NCBI GenBank assembly: GCA_020629635.1 | Contig: JAHDCX010000015.1 | Coordinates: 18,899-82,898, forward strand | From: Acidimicrobiales bacterium | GTDB lineage: Bacteria > Actinomycetota > Acidimicrobiia > Acidimicrobiales > SHLQ01 | Direction of reading: 5' to 3' | DNA: 64,000 nucleotides | Part shown: in pieces, positions 1 through 8,664 of the stretch | Layout of the letters: each line of letters begins with the position of its first letter | How positions within the stretch are numbered: position 1 is the first letter of the stretch | The notes under the pieces: model-generated | What the model saw: the letters and a program-made list of their open reading frames with translations, nothing else | What the model was told of the DNA's origin: nothing | The model's database searches: none | Program-made: the position numbers and the translations under genes

Positions 1-1288
1 TCTTGTCGTAGGTGTCCTGGTAGGTGTAGAGCCCCTGGAACGCACCGTTGCGTTCGACTCGGATCTTGAACGTCTGGGCCGTCGGGATCCCGACCATTTC
101 GTACGCCCGCCACGACAGGATCGTGCGTCCGTAGCTGCGATCGGACCAATCGGCCTGCATCGCAAACTCGTCGACCTCCTCGACGAGGATGCCGTCGAGC
201 ACCAGGTCGTAGCTCTTGGGGAGCTCCCACTTGAAGTTGATCTTCGGGCTCGAGCGCGACGCCGAGCCGCGCACCTTCACCAGAGCACCGGTGATGACCT
301 CGTCGCCGACCACGAGCGCGCTCTCATAGGTGGTGTCGGCCTGCGGGTCGTCGACCATCGCCTGATAGTCGGCGTCGGCGATGAACCACTCGAACACCGG
401 GATCGCTGAAGCGAGCCCATCGGAATAGAAGATGCCGACCGTGTCGGTCGAATCGTCGAATCGCGGCCACCGATGATCGAACGCGCCGTCGACCTCGATC
501 TGATACTCGAGCAGCTGGCCCGCCGTCTGCGCCGGGATCGTCGCCGAGTAGTTCGGGGCGACGCCCGTCATCTCGACCGTCGAGAACGCCCCCAAGTTGG
601 TTCGCCAGTTGAGACGAGGCGGCGCAGTCTCGCCGGTGATCGTCGCAGAGATCGTGACGGCTTCGCCGCCAACAGGCGCGGCGTTCGAGGCGAGGACGTC
701 GCTGATCGTCGGGGGCACACCGGTGACCGATGCACTGTTCGGGCCACCCGCCGTGTGACCGGCTGGAGCGGTCGACGCCGCCCAACCCCACGCGCTCGAG
801 CGGGCATCGAGGGCGACCAGCTCGAGGCTCGGGCCTTCGCCATCGGGGAGCACCGGCCAGACACCGGCGTCGTCGTACTCGAACTGGTGAATGACGTTGC
901 CAAGCGAGTCGATGAGCTGGACTTCTTCGCCGCCGTTCTTCAGGCCACCGTCGTAGACCCCGCCCGACACCACCCCGTATGCGGCGAGGAGACGATCGGC
1001 GTCGGGACTGATGACGAGAAACTCGCCGGCGCCAATCGAGGTCCCGGCCGGGAAGCAGTAGCTGACCCCGTCAACACACCAGTCCGACAGGTCGACGACA
1101 TCGGGTCCGGTGTTGTGGAGCTCGACGAACTCGTCGGAGTCCAGATCGTTCTCGGGGTTGTACATGATCTCGCTGATGACGACATCGACCGCGGCCGCTC
1201 GGGCCGGGTCGATCCCCATCACCAGCACAATCATCAACAACAGGGTTCCGCCGCCCACCAATGCGAGTGTGTTCCGAAGCGTGCTCAT
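1..1288 (-). CDS. Secreted lamin-tail-domain (LTD) + CotH-family protein, N-terminal part only (gene runs off the left edge)
   Basis: This is the only minus frame with no stop from 1288 to the window edge, which explains its absence from the ORF track. ATG at 1286-1288. Hand translation gives MSTLRNTLALVGGGTLLLMIVLVMG (signal/TM), then VVISEIMYNPENDLDSDEFVELHNTG...GEFLVIS (LTD signature), then KINFKWELPKSYD...QADWSDRSYGRT (CotH-like). Confidence 0.7.
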   Translation of the reverse strand, partial: MSTLRNTLALVGGGTLLLMIVLVMGIDPARAAAVDVVISEIMYNPENDLDSDEFVELHNTGPDVVDLSDWCVDGVSYCFPAGTSIGAGEFLVISPDADRLLAAYGVVSGGVYDGGLKNGGEEVQLIDSLGNVIHQFEYDDAGVWPVLPDGEGPSLELVALDARSSAWGWAASTAPAGHTAGGPNSASVTGVPPTISDVLASNAAPVGGEAVTISATITGETAPPRLNWRTNLGAFSTVEMTGVAPNYSATIPAQTAGQLLEYQIEVDGAFDHRWPRFDDSTDTVGIFYSDGLASAIPVFEWFIADADYQAMVDDPQADTTYESALVVGDEVITGALVKVRGSASRSSPKINFKWELPKSYDLVLDGILVEEVDEFAMQADWSDRSYGRTILSWRAYEMVGIPTAQTFKIRVERNGAFQGLYTYQDTYDK

Positions 1289-1485
1289 TCCGCCATTCAT
1301 GCGCCGACACTAGGCACGCTCGACGAGCCGGTGCACGGATTTTGGACGAAATGTCCATATCGCCGCCAGCTGACCTTCCTTCGACCAACCGTCCTTTTCC
1401 GTTCCTGCCGCTCGCCCAGCACTACCGTTGATTCGACGCGCTCGGCAGTGAACGGCTCAGTTGTGAGCGTCTCCTCGCTGGCGCC

Positions 1486-1797
1486 GTGCCCTTTCGGCTC
1501 GATGGTGCACTCGACTACGACCCGGCCGTTGCCGAAGCCGCAGGATTCCTGCTCACCATCGACGTGAAGACCGGCTCCAACCCCCTCGAGCTGGTCGACA
1601 CCGCAGAGCTCGTGGTGAGGGTCCCCGCCGGGTTCTGGACCGACGACTCCCTTCCACGGCGATTCTCCAGCCAATCGCGAGAGCTGCTCGTGCGCCTCGG
1701 TGCGGTCGACGGGCTGTCCAGTGGCGAAGTCTGCGATCTCGAACTCGTGCCACTCGACGAACTGCCGCCGGGAGTCCCGCAGGTGATCCTGCGGTAA
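1486..1797 (+). CDS. Hypothetical small protein (103 aa)
   Basis: ORF-track entry with strong GC3 codon bias. The stop at 1429-1431 makes the GTG at 1486 the first possible start. No recognisable motif. It is convergent with dnaB. The antisense frame is Ser/Arg-rich and looks non-coding. Confidence 0.35.
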   Translation: MPFRLDGALDYDPAVAEAAGFLLTIDVKTGSNPLELVDTAELVVRVPAGFWTDDSLPRRFSSQSRELLVRLGAVDGLSSGEVCDLELVPLDELPPGVPQVILR

Positions 1798-1806
1798 GGC
1801 CGTCGG

Positions 1807-3180
1807 CTACATCGGTTGTGGGGCCCTCGCCATGTTCGCGAAGCGCGTGTACTGCGGAAGGAACGCCAGGCGGACCGTGTCGGTCGGGCCGTTGCGGTGC
1901 TTGGCCACGATGATCTCCGCAATGCCCTCGTCGGAGCTCTCCGGGTTGTAGACCTCGTCGCGGTACAAGAACATGACGACGTCGGCGTCCTGCTCGATCG
2001 CGCCCGACTCACGCAGATCGGACAGCATCGGCCGCTTGTCCTGGCGGGACTCGAGCGTTCGGGACAGCTGCGAAAGACCGAGCACCGGCACCTCCAGCTC
2101 ACGAGCCAGGACCTTCAGGTTTCGGCTGATCTCGGAGATCTCGACCTGGCGGCTCTCCGCGTTCGAGCGACCGGTCATCAGCTGGATGTAGTCGACCACG
2201 ATCAGGCCGAGATCGCCCACCTGCGACTTGAGCCGACGGGCACGACCACGGATGTCCATCACGGTCAACGACGGGTTGTCATCGATCCAGATCGGGGCCT
2301 CGGACAATCTCCCCACCCCTGTGGAAATCTTTGTCCAATCGGAATCGTCGAGCTTGCCGTCACGCATGTTCTTGGCGTCGATCCGAGACTCCGAACACAA
2401 CATGCGCTGCGACAACTCGATCTGGCCCATCTCCAACGAGAAGATCAGCACCGGACGAGCCCCGTCGATCGCCGCGTGCGCCGCAATGTTGAGCGCGAAA
2501 CTCGTCTTGCCCATCGCCGGACGAGCACCCACCACGTACAACGCGTTCGGCTGGAGGCCCGACAACAACTCGTCGAGATCGACAAAACCGGTCGGCGTCC
2601 CCGTGATGCCCTCGCCCCGCTCATACAACGCTTCGAGGCGATCGAGGCTCTGCTCGATCAGATCACGCATCACGCCCATCGTGTCCTGGGCCTTGCCCTG
2701 ACCGACCTCGTAGACGAGATGCTCGGCCTCATCGACCGCCTTGACCACGTCCTCGGGGCGGCCGTACGCGATCTCGGCGATTTCGTTGCCGACCGTGATC
2801 AACCGGCGCAACAATGCGTTCTCGCGCACGATTTCGGCGTATTTACGGGCGCCGCTGATCGCCGGCGCCGCCTGCATCAGATCGACGAGCGTGCCATGGC
2901 CACCCACCGCCTCGAGCAGGTCGTTGCGATCCAGCAGATCGGCCACCGTCGTCGGATCCGCCTCGTCGCCCGCCCCGTACAACGTCGTGATCGCCGAGAA
3001 CACGTGCTGATGGGCCGGCCGATAGAAGTGCGTCGCCTCTGTCGTCTCCACCGCCAACGCAATCGCGTCCTTCGACAACAACATCGTGCCGAGCAGCGAT
3101 TGCTCGACCTGAATGTTGTGCGGCGGGAGCCGAACCGCGTCACGGCGCGGCTCGTCGTCTACAGGCATCCAGTCCGACAT
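1807..3180 (-). CDS. dnaB: Replicative DNA helicase DnaB
   Basis: 457-aa ORF. N-terminal PPHNIQVEQSLLGTMLL, Walker A GARPAMGKTSFALNIA, and C-terminal helicase motifs (SLEM, VVDYIQLM, SQLSR). Confidence 0.95.
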   Translation of the reverse strand: MSDWMPVDDEPRRDAVRLPPHNIQVEQSLLGTMLLSKDAIALAVETTEATHFYRPAHQHVFSAITTLYGAGDEADPTTVADLLDRNDLLEAVGGHGTLVDLMQAAPAISGARKYAEIVRENALLRRLITVGNEIAEIAYGRPEDVVKAVDEAEHLVYEVGQGKAQDTMGVMRDLIEQSLDRLEALYERGEGITGTPTGFVDLDELLSGLQPNALYVVGARPAMGKTSFALNIAAHAAIDGARPVLIFSLEMGQIELSQRMLCSESRIDAKNMRDGKLDDSDWTKISTGVGRLSEAPIWIDDNPSLTVMDIRGRARRLKSQVGDLGLIVVDYIQLMTGRSNAESRQVEISEISRNLKVLARELEVPVLGLSQLSRTLESRQDKRPMLSDLRESGAIEQDADVVMFLYRDEVYNPESSDEGIAEIIVAKHRNGPTDTVRLAFLPQYTRFANMARAPQPM

Positions 3181-3433
3181 CTACTGACCTCCCCGGTCCG
3201 CACCATCGTGACCAGACGGTGTGACAGTGCGGTGAAGCAGGGGTGGATTCGGACCGGGAACGGGGCGACTCGTCACCCCTCCAGCCTGCCGACAACCCCC
3301 TGTGGGACAGAAGTGGGCAGCCGGTGGAAATCCCCGAAAATCCTGTGGATATCTACCGAGTCGGCGTCCCCACAGGCTGTGGATGGGGTGTGGACAACCT
3401 GCCGATTGTCCACACCCGACGATCCACGCAAAC

Positions 3434-3883
3434 TCAGTCCTCTTCGACGACCTCGACGGTCACCGGGAACTGCACCTCGGAGTGCAGACGGGTCATCACC
3501 ATGTGCTGACCGAGCGTCTTGAGCGGAGCATCGAGACGGAAGTTCTTCCGATCGATGTCGATCTCGGTCTGGGCCAAAACGGCCGCCGAGATGTCGGCCG
3601 CCGACACCGAACCGAAGAGCGTGCCGCCCCCGTCGGTCTTGGCGGCGATCGTGATCACCTGAGGAACCAGGCGGGTGGCGATCTCCTCGGCACCAGCACG
3701 GCTCTCCTCGTCACGGGCCTCAGACGCCTTGCGCATCGCCTCGGCCTCAGCCTCGGCACCCGCGCTCGCCTTGTAGCCGAGACCCTTGGGGAGCAGGTAG
3801 TTCCGGAAGTAGCCCGGAGCAACGGTGACGACCTCGCCGCGACGGCCAAGACCGTCCACATCGGTACGAAGAATGACGTCCAT
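3434..3883 (-). CDS. rplI: 50S ribosomal protein L9
   Basis: [35 protein letters not shown] is a typical L9 N-terminus. The ATG at 3883 overlaps the rpsR stop (TGATG) and is preceded by GAGGAGG. Alternative GTG start at 3886. Confidence 0.9.
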   Translation of the reverse strand: MDVILRTDVDGLGRRGEVVTVAPGYFRNYLLPKGLGYKASAGAEAEAEAMRKASEARDEESRAGAEEIATRLVPQVITIAAKTDGGGTLFGSVSAADISAAVLAQTEIDIDRKNFRLDAPLKTLGQHMVMTRLHSEVQFPVTVEVVEED

Positions 3884-4320
3884 CACACCTCCTCGGTGAC
3901 CGCGTCGACAGCCTCGGCTGCGTCGGCACCCTCAGCGGCCTCGGCGCCGTCGGCCGGAGCCTCATTGCGCTCGCCACGATCCTCGCGCGGACCACGATCT
4001 CCACGGTCGCCGCGATCTCCACGCTCACCGCGGTCGCGACGGTTGTTGCGCTGCGTCGTGACCCGCGTGGTGTACGGAATCAGTGCCATCTCGCGGGCGT
4101 TCTTGATCGCCCGTGCGATCTCGGCCTGCTGCTGGGTGTCGTTGCCCGTCACCCGACGAGCCCGGATCTTTGCCCGGTCGGACACGAACCGCTTGAGGAG
4201 GTTCACGTCCTTGTAGTCGATGTACTCGACCTTCTCCGACGACAGGATCGACACCTTCTTCTTGGTGCGACGACTGTCGAGATTCTTCTTGCCGCGTGGC
4301 GGCGCCTTCTTCTTGGCCAT
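3883..4320 (-). CDS. rpsR: 30S ribosomal protein S18 with a long low-complexity C-terminal extension
   Basis: S18 core [28 protein letters not shown]...[21 protein letters not shown], followed by about 60 extra residues ([26 protein letters not shown] + acidic tail). Confidence 0.9.
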   Translation of the reverse strand: MAKKKAPPRGKKNLDSRRTKKKVSILSSEKVEYIDYKDVNLLKRFVSDRAKIRARRVTGNDTQQQAEIARAIKNAREMALIPYTTRVTTQRNNRRDRGERGDRGDRGDRGPREDRGERNEAPADGAEAAEGADAAEAVDAVTEEV

Positions 4321-4370
4321 GTGTGTGTTCCTTGCGAAAGTGGTTGATGCCCGAAGGGGCGGTCGGTGCC

Positions 4371-4835
4371 CTAGAAGGGCTCTTCGTTCATGTCGTACTG
4401 GGGAGCGGGAGCCGGCTCATTCGACACCGGACGCGGCGCACCGCCGCCGTAACCACCGCCACCCTCGCCGCCCTGACCACCGCTGTATTCGTTGCGGGTG
4501 ATCTCGGCCGTGGCCCACTTGAGGCTCGGGGCGACATCGTCGGCGACGATCTCGACCTTGCTGCGACGGTCGCCATCGGCGTTCTCCCACGAACGCTGAT
4601 CGAGCCGTCCATAAACGACCACGCGCGAGCCCTTGGTGAGCGAATCGCTCACGTTCTCGGCGAGCTGTCGCCAGCAGGACACGTCGAAGTACGAGACCTT
4701 GTCCTCTTGGCCATCACGGCCCTTGAGGTTCCAGGCCACGCTGAAGTTGGCGACCGCCGCACCGCTTGGGGTGAACCGGAGCTCGGGGTCGCGGGTCAGG
4801 TTGCCGACGATGGTGATGGTGTTGTCGAAGGCCAT
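4371..4835 (-). CDS. ssb: Single-stranded DNA-binding protein
   Basis: Starts at the internal ATG 4835 ([31 protein letters not shown]). OB fold, Gly-rich linker and acidic tip DMNEEPF. The upstream part of the tracked 219-aa ORF is Arg/Gly-rich and overlaps rpsF. Confidence 0.92.
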   Translation of the reverse strand: MAFDNTITIVGNLTRDPELRFTPSGAAVANFSVAWNLKGRDGQEDKVSYFDVSCWRQLAENVSDSLTKGSRVVVYGRLDQRSWENADGDRRSKVEIVADDVAPSLKWATAEITRNEYSGGQGGEGGGGYGGGAPRPVSNEPAPAPQYDMNEEPF

Positions 4836-4858
4836 GTTGCCGTTCTTCTTTCCGGCCC

Positions 4859-5197
4859 TCAGGCCGTCGCCTCGGCACCGAGCAGACCGCGACGCATCGC
4901 CTCGGACTCCGGCAACCGAATGATCTTGTGGCGGACGACATCGTCCGCGAGACGGAGAGCACGGTCCTGTCCAGACAGGTCCTTGCCCTCGGGAAGCAGG
5001 ATCTCGAGCACCACGTAGATGCCTTCCCACTTGTGGTTGATCCGGTAGGCAAAGCGGCGCTTGCCCCAGTTGTCGACGTTGGCGACCGAGCCGCCATCGG
5101 CCTCGACACGTTCGGCGATCAGCGACTTCAGGTGACCCTGGATCGTCGCATCGGCGACGTCATCGTCGAAGATGACCATCAATTCGTACGCTCGCAT
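4859..5197 (-). CDS. rpsF: 30S ribosomal protein S6
   Basis: MRAYELMVIFDDDV... is a canonical S6 N-terminus. GGGAGG lies upstream. An alternative ATG 9 nt upstream (5206) cannot be excluded. Confidence 0.88.
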   Translation of the reverse strand: MRAYELMVIFDDDVADATIQGHLKSLIAERVEADGGSVANVDNWGKRRFAYRINHKWEGIYVVLEILLPEGKDLSGQDRALRLADDVVRHKIIRLPESEAMRRGLLGAEATA

Positions 5198-5391
5198 ATC
5201 GAGCATGCACCTCCCTCTGGTCCCGGCAGGGCCGGGGCCCCGGATCTCGGGGCAGGGTTTCGTTGGATTGTGAAACACGCCCGAGTCTCCTCGGGCAACG
5301 TTCAATCCTACTCACCCCGCTCCAGAACACACACTAGAGAAGCCCTACGACAGTGTTCTCCGAACCGCTCGGGACCGACGGGCTGCGCCTC

Positions 5392-5990
5392 CTACGTCGT
5401 CGTGTCGGGAGGCACGTAGTGCGTCCCACGTTTGGTGCCCACCTTCACCAATCGACCCTGGTCAACCAGGCGCTTCATGACACGGGTCGCCCCGGCACGA
5501 TCGAGACCCGTCAGTTCCCGGACACGTGCATTCGTCAGTGGTCGATCGACTGACGCCTCAACGATAGGGAGCTCCGTCAGCGGGATACCGAAAGAACTCG
5601 ATGAAGGCCTTCGACGAGGGCCTCGTCCTGAAGGCGAGGCATCGGATCAGATTCCCAACCGAACGCCTCTGAAAGTCGACGAATCGCGTCGGGTGATACC
5701 TCGTCAATGCCTCTGCCTGTTGGTGTGGTTTCGAATCGACTGAGCTTGCGTTCAGCGAGGAAGGTCGCCAGCTCCTCACCGAACAACTTGATGTTCGAGG
5801 CCCCACGCCGCACCACGACCGCTCCAGATTGGAGCTGTGCGAACCCCTCCCGGCGGGGGCTCACCGCAATCACCAAGACTTCCTTCTCGGCGGCTGCCAA
5901 TCGATGGAGTGCATATCGGCCTGGATCTCTCACTCCGGCGATCATCTGATGAAGTCCTGCTTCAGTCTCCTGGCCAATCGTGAGACCCAC
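5392..5990 (-). pseudogene. Decayed AlbA_2 (Schlafen-like DNA-binding) + C-terminal wHTH gene, frameshifted and truncated
   Basis: ORF 5577-5990 encodes AlbA_2-like sequence (...AVVGLTIGQE..., VVVRRGASNIKLFGEELATFL) but lacks the usual N-terminal part of the domain. A different frame (5580 down to 5392) encodes a wHTH tail (LTNARVRELTGLDRAGATRVMKRLVDQGRLVKVGTKRGTHYV). The central ATPase-like domain of full-length family members is missing. A low-GC patch sits at 5990-6070. Confidence 0.4.
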
Positions 5991-6133
5991 GACCGCTCCG
6001 CGGTCTATGGCAGATATGACATTTATCTCTCCACCACCTCAGTCGAGGACTGTCGTCTCATAAGTGCTCATTGGGCGCGAGCAGAGCTGGACACCGCCGT
6101 AGTGTTCACGTCGTGCGAATCCGGGCGAACATC

Positions 6134-7432
6134 ATGCAGACCCCGACTCAGGACCGACTCGACGCCCGGCGCGTGGTCCTCACCGTCGACAGCGGCGAGA
6201 TCACGGCCGTCGACCACGACCCCGCCAACGCCGCGTCGGTCGACCACGAGCTCCCGTCGAGCCACGTCCTGATCCCCGGCCTCATCGACCTCCACATCCA
6301 CGCCCCCCAATGGCCCCAGCTCGGCACCGGCTACGACCTGCCGCTCGAACAATGGCTGTTCGAGTACACGTTCCCGCTCGAAGCGTCATTCGCCGACGTC
6401 GACCACGCCCGAGCCGTCTGGGCGTCGATGGTGCCGAGCCTGCTCGCCCACGGAACCACCACCGCCGTCTACTACTCCTCCATCCACGTCGAGGCCACCA
6501 CCGCCCTCGCCGAGGCGTGCATCGACCACGGCCAACGCGCCTGGATCGGACGAGTTGCGATGGACCACCCCGAAGGCACGCCCCCCACCTACCGCGACCC
6601 CGACTCGGCCACCGCCATCGCCCGCACCCGAGAATCCATCCGCCAACTCCAGGCGCTCGACGACCCACACAGCCTCGTCACCCCCACCATCACCCCCCGG
6701 TTCATCCCCGCATGCACCGACGAAACCCTCGCCGCGATGGGAGCACTCGCCGCCGAGACGGGCCTGCCCGTGCAGACCCATTGCTCAGAAGACGACTGGG
6801 AGCACGGTCACGTTCTCGACCGATACGGCGAGACCGACACCACCGCGCTGCGCCGGTTCGGGCTCCTCGACACCGGCGCCATCCTCGCCCACTGCGGCCA
6901 CCTCACGAACGACGACCTCGCCGTACTCGCCACGCTCCCCGGCGGGATCGCCCATTGCCCGCTCTCCAACGTCTACTTCGGCAACGCCGTCTTCCCCGCC
7001 GCCCAAGCGCTCGCCGCCGGCGTTCGCGTCGGACTCGGGACCGACATCGCCGGCGGGCCGAGCCCATCACTGCTCGCCCAGATCCCCGCGTCGGTCAACT
7101 CCGCCCGCATGCTCGAAGAGGGCGTCGACCCGGCGCGTCCCTCCGGCGAACGCGGCCGCGCCGACGCCCGCATCGACACCCTCACGGCGTTCTGGATGGC
7201 GACTGCGGGTGGCGCCTCGGTGCTCGACGCACCCCTCGGCCTGCTCGAACCGGGTCGCCGATTCGACGCCGTCGCCATCGACCTCCGCGACGCGGCACCG
7301 ACGTTCGACCATCTCCCTGCCGAGCCAGACCTCGTCCGATTCGAGCGGCTGGCCCGACTCGCCACGCATGCAGACATCCGGACCGTGTGGGTCGACGGTC
7401 GCCGCGTGTACGACCATGGCGAACACTCATGA
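6134..7432 (+). CDS. guaD: Guanine deaminase (amidohydrolase superfamily)
   Basis: DLHIHAPQWPQLG..., ITPRFIPACTDE, VQTHCSEDDWE, HCPLSNVYFGN and GLGTDIAGG are collinear with my recollection of E. coli GuaD. Start placed at ATG 6134 (MQTPTQDRL); the tracked start at 6071 gives an Arg-rich leader. Confidence 0.8.
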   Translation: MQTPTQDRLDARRVVLTVDSGEITAVDHDPANAASVDHELPSSHVLIPGLIDLHIHAPQWPQLGTGYDLPLEQWLFEYTFPLEASFADVDHARAVWASMVPSLLAHGTTTAVYYSSIHVEATTALAEACIDHGQRAWIGRVAMDHPEGTPPTYRDPDSATAIARTRESIRQLQALDDPHSLVTPTITPRFIPACTDETLAAMGALAAETGLPVQTHCSEDDWEHGHVLDRYGETDTTALRRFGLLDTGAILAHCGHLTNDDLAVLATLPGGIAHCPLSNVYFGNAVFPAAQALAAGVRVGLGTDIAGGPSPSLLAQIPASVNSARMLEEGVDPARPSGERGRADARIDTLTAFWMATAGGASVLDAPLGLLEPGRRFDAVAIDLRDAAPTFDHLPAEPDLVRFERLARLATHADIRTVWVDGRRVYDHGEHS

Positions 7433-8658
7433 ACCGGCCGCCGCCCACCACACCACCGCCACCCACCTCGCACCCTGCCGCCTGGTACGCCGACCCGTGG
7501 GACCCGACCGCCTGGCGGTGGTACGACGGATCCCAATGGACCGGGCACACCGCCGCCCGCACTCCACCTCCTCCAACTACGGCCCCAACTGCGGCGACCG
7601 CCGCCAGCCGAACCCTCGTCGCCCCCGACGAGAAGAAGCCCCGCCTCCCGTCGTTCTTGTCGCCGCCGGTGTTGATCACGGCCATCCCCACCGTGATCCT
7701 GCTGTTCATCGCGGCGGTGATCGAGCCCGTGTCGATCGCCCTGGCCCTCATCCCGCCGCTGATCGTCGGGCCGACCCTGCTCTGGATGGACCGCGTCGAG
7801 CCCGAACCATGGTCCTCGCGACTGCACGCCTTTCTGTGGGGTGCCTGCGTTGCGGGGCTCGTCGCCATCATCATCAACTCGATCGTCGCGGCGCTCGGCG
7901 GAGAGATCCTCGCCGCCGTCGTCTCTGCCCCGATCGTCGAAGAGTCCATGAAGGTGCTCGCGATCATCTGGGCGGTCCGCCGTCGCGAGGTGGACGGAAT
8001 CATGGACGGACTCGTCTACGCCGGGTTCGCGGGACTCGGTTTCGCCACGGTCGAGAACGTCAGCTACTTCGCCATCGCCGAATCCGAAGGCGTGCTCACC
8101 GAGACCTTCGTCGGTCGTGCCCTCCTCACCCCGTTTGCCCATCCGCTCTTCACCGCCTGGGCCGGACTCGCCATCGGTTGGGCGATCGCCAACCGCAAGA
8201 GCCTGCACCACGCGTGGTGGGGCCTTGCGCTCGCCATCCTCAGTCACGCCTTCTGGAATGGCTCGCTCAGCTTTGCCGAGAGCGAGACCGGCATGATCGT
8301 GATGGTCGTCGCGTTGCTCGCGTTCGTCGGGCTCTTCGTCGCCACGATCGTCGCCGTGATCCTGTTGCGCCGCCGCGATCAGGCCCGCCTCAACGCGCTC
8401 GGCCCGTCGATCGCCGCGCGCTATCAACTCGACGCAACCCGCGTGGCCTCACTCCTGACCCCCGCCGGCCGCAAGGCGGTTCGGGCGCAGGCCTCCGACC
8501 GCGCCGGTCGACGTGCCGTCACGCGAGAGGCCGCCACGATCGCTCGCCTCGCCGCCCTGAACGACATCAGCTCCCCGCCCGACCCGATCGCGGAGGCGCG
8601 GTTGGTCAGCGTGCTTCGAGACGCCGTCCCCGAACCGGGAACAACCGCCGCGTCGTGA
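7429..8658 (+). CDS. PrsW-family intramembrane glutamic/metallo-protease with N-terminal DUF2510-like WY repeat
   Basis: The ATG at 7429 overlaps the guaD stop (ATGA). N-terminus WYADPWDPTAWRWYDGSQWTGH. Multi-TM core with APIVEESMKVLA, GFAGLGFATVEN and LSHAFWNG (PrsW motifs). Only this 3' part of the 782-aa tracked ORF looks coding. Confidence 0.8.
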   Translation: MNRPPPTTPPPPTSHPAAWYADPWDPTAWRWYDGSQWTGHTAARTPPPPTTAPTAATAASRTLVAPDEKKPRLPSFLSPPVLITAIPTVILLFIAAVIEPVSIALALIPPLIVGPTLLWMDRVEPEPWSSRLHAFLWGACVAGLVAIIINSIVAALGGEILAAVVSAPIVEESMKVLAIIWAVRRREVDGIMDGLVYAGFAGLGFATVENVSYFAIAESEGVLTETFVGRALLTPFAHPLFTAWAGLAIGWAIANRKSLHHAWWGLALAILSHAFWNGSLSFAESETGMIVMVVALLAFVGLFVATIVAVILLRRRDQARLNALGPSIAARYQLDATRVASLLTPAGRKAVRAQASDRAGRRAVTREAATIARLAALNDISSPPDPIAEARLVSVLRDAVPEPGTTAAS

Positions 8659-8664
8659 GTCGGG

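Noticed and set aside
1816-3522. 568-aa plus-strand ORF
   Set aside because: It is antisense to dnaB. The product is Arg/His/Leu-rich with no motif, a typical shadow ORF of a high-GC gene.
5270-5277. GTGAAACA, a possible third parS
   Set aside because: Only the right half-site is present. The left half (GGATT) does not match TGTTTCAC.
5725-5740. GGTTTCGAATC, a tRNA T-loop-like string (also AGTTCGAATC at 27581-27590)
   Set aside because: No acceptor, D or anticodon stems can be drawn around either string, and both lie inside protein-coding frames.
6310-7428. 5' two-fifths of the 782-aa ORF 6310-8658 (and the parallel 708-aa ORF 6555-8681)
   Set aside because: It overlaps guaD in another frame and is Pro/Arg-rich nonsense. 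Only the segment from ATG 7429 (PrsW) has membrane-protein character and motifs.
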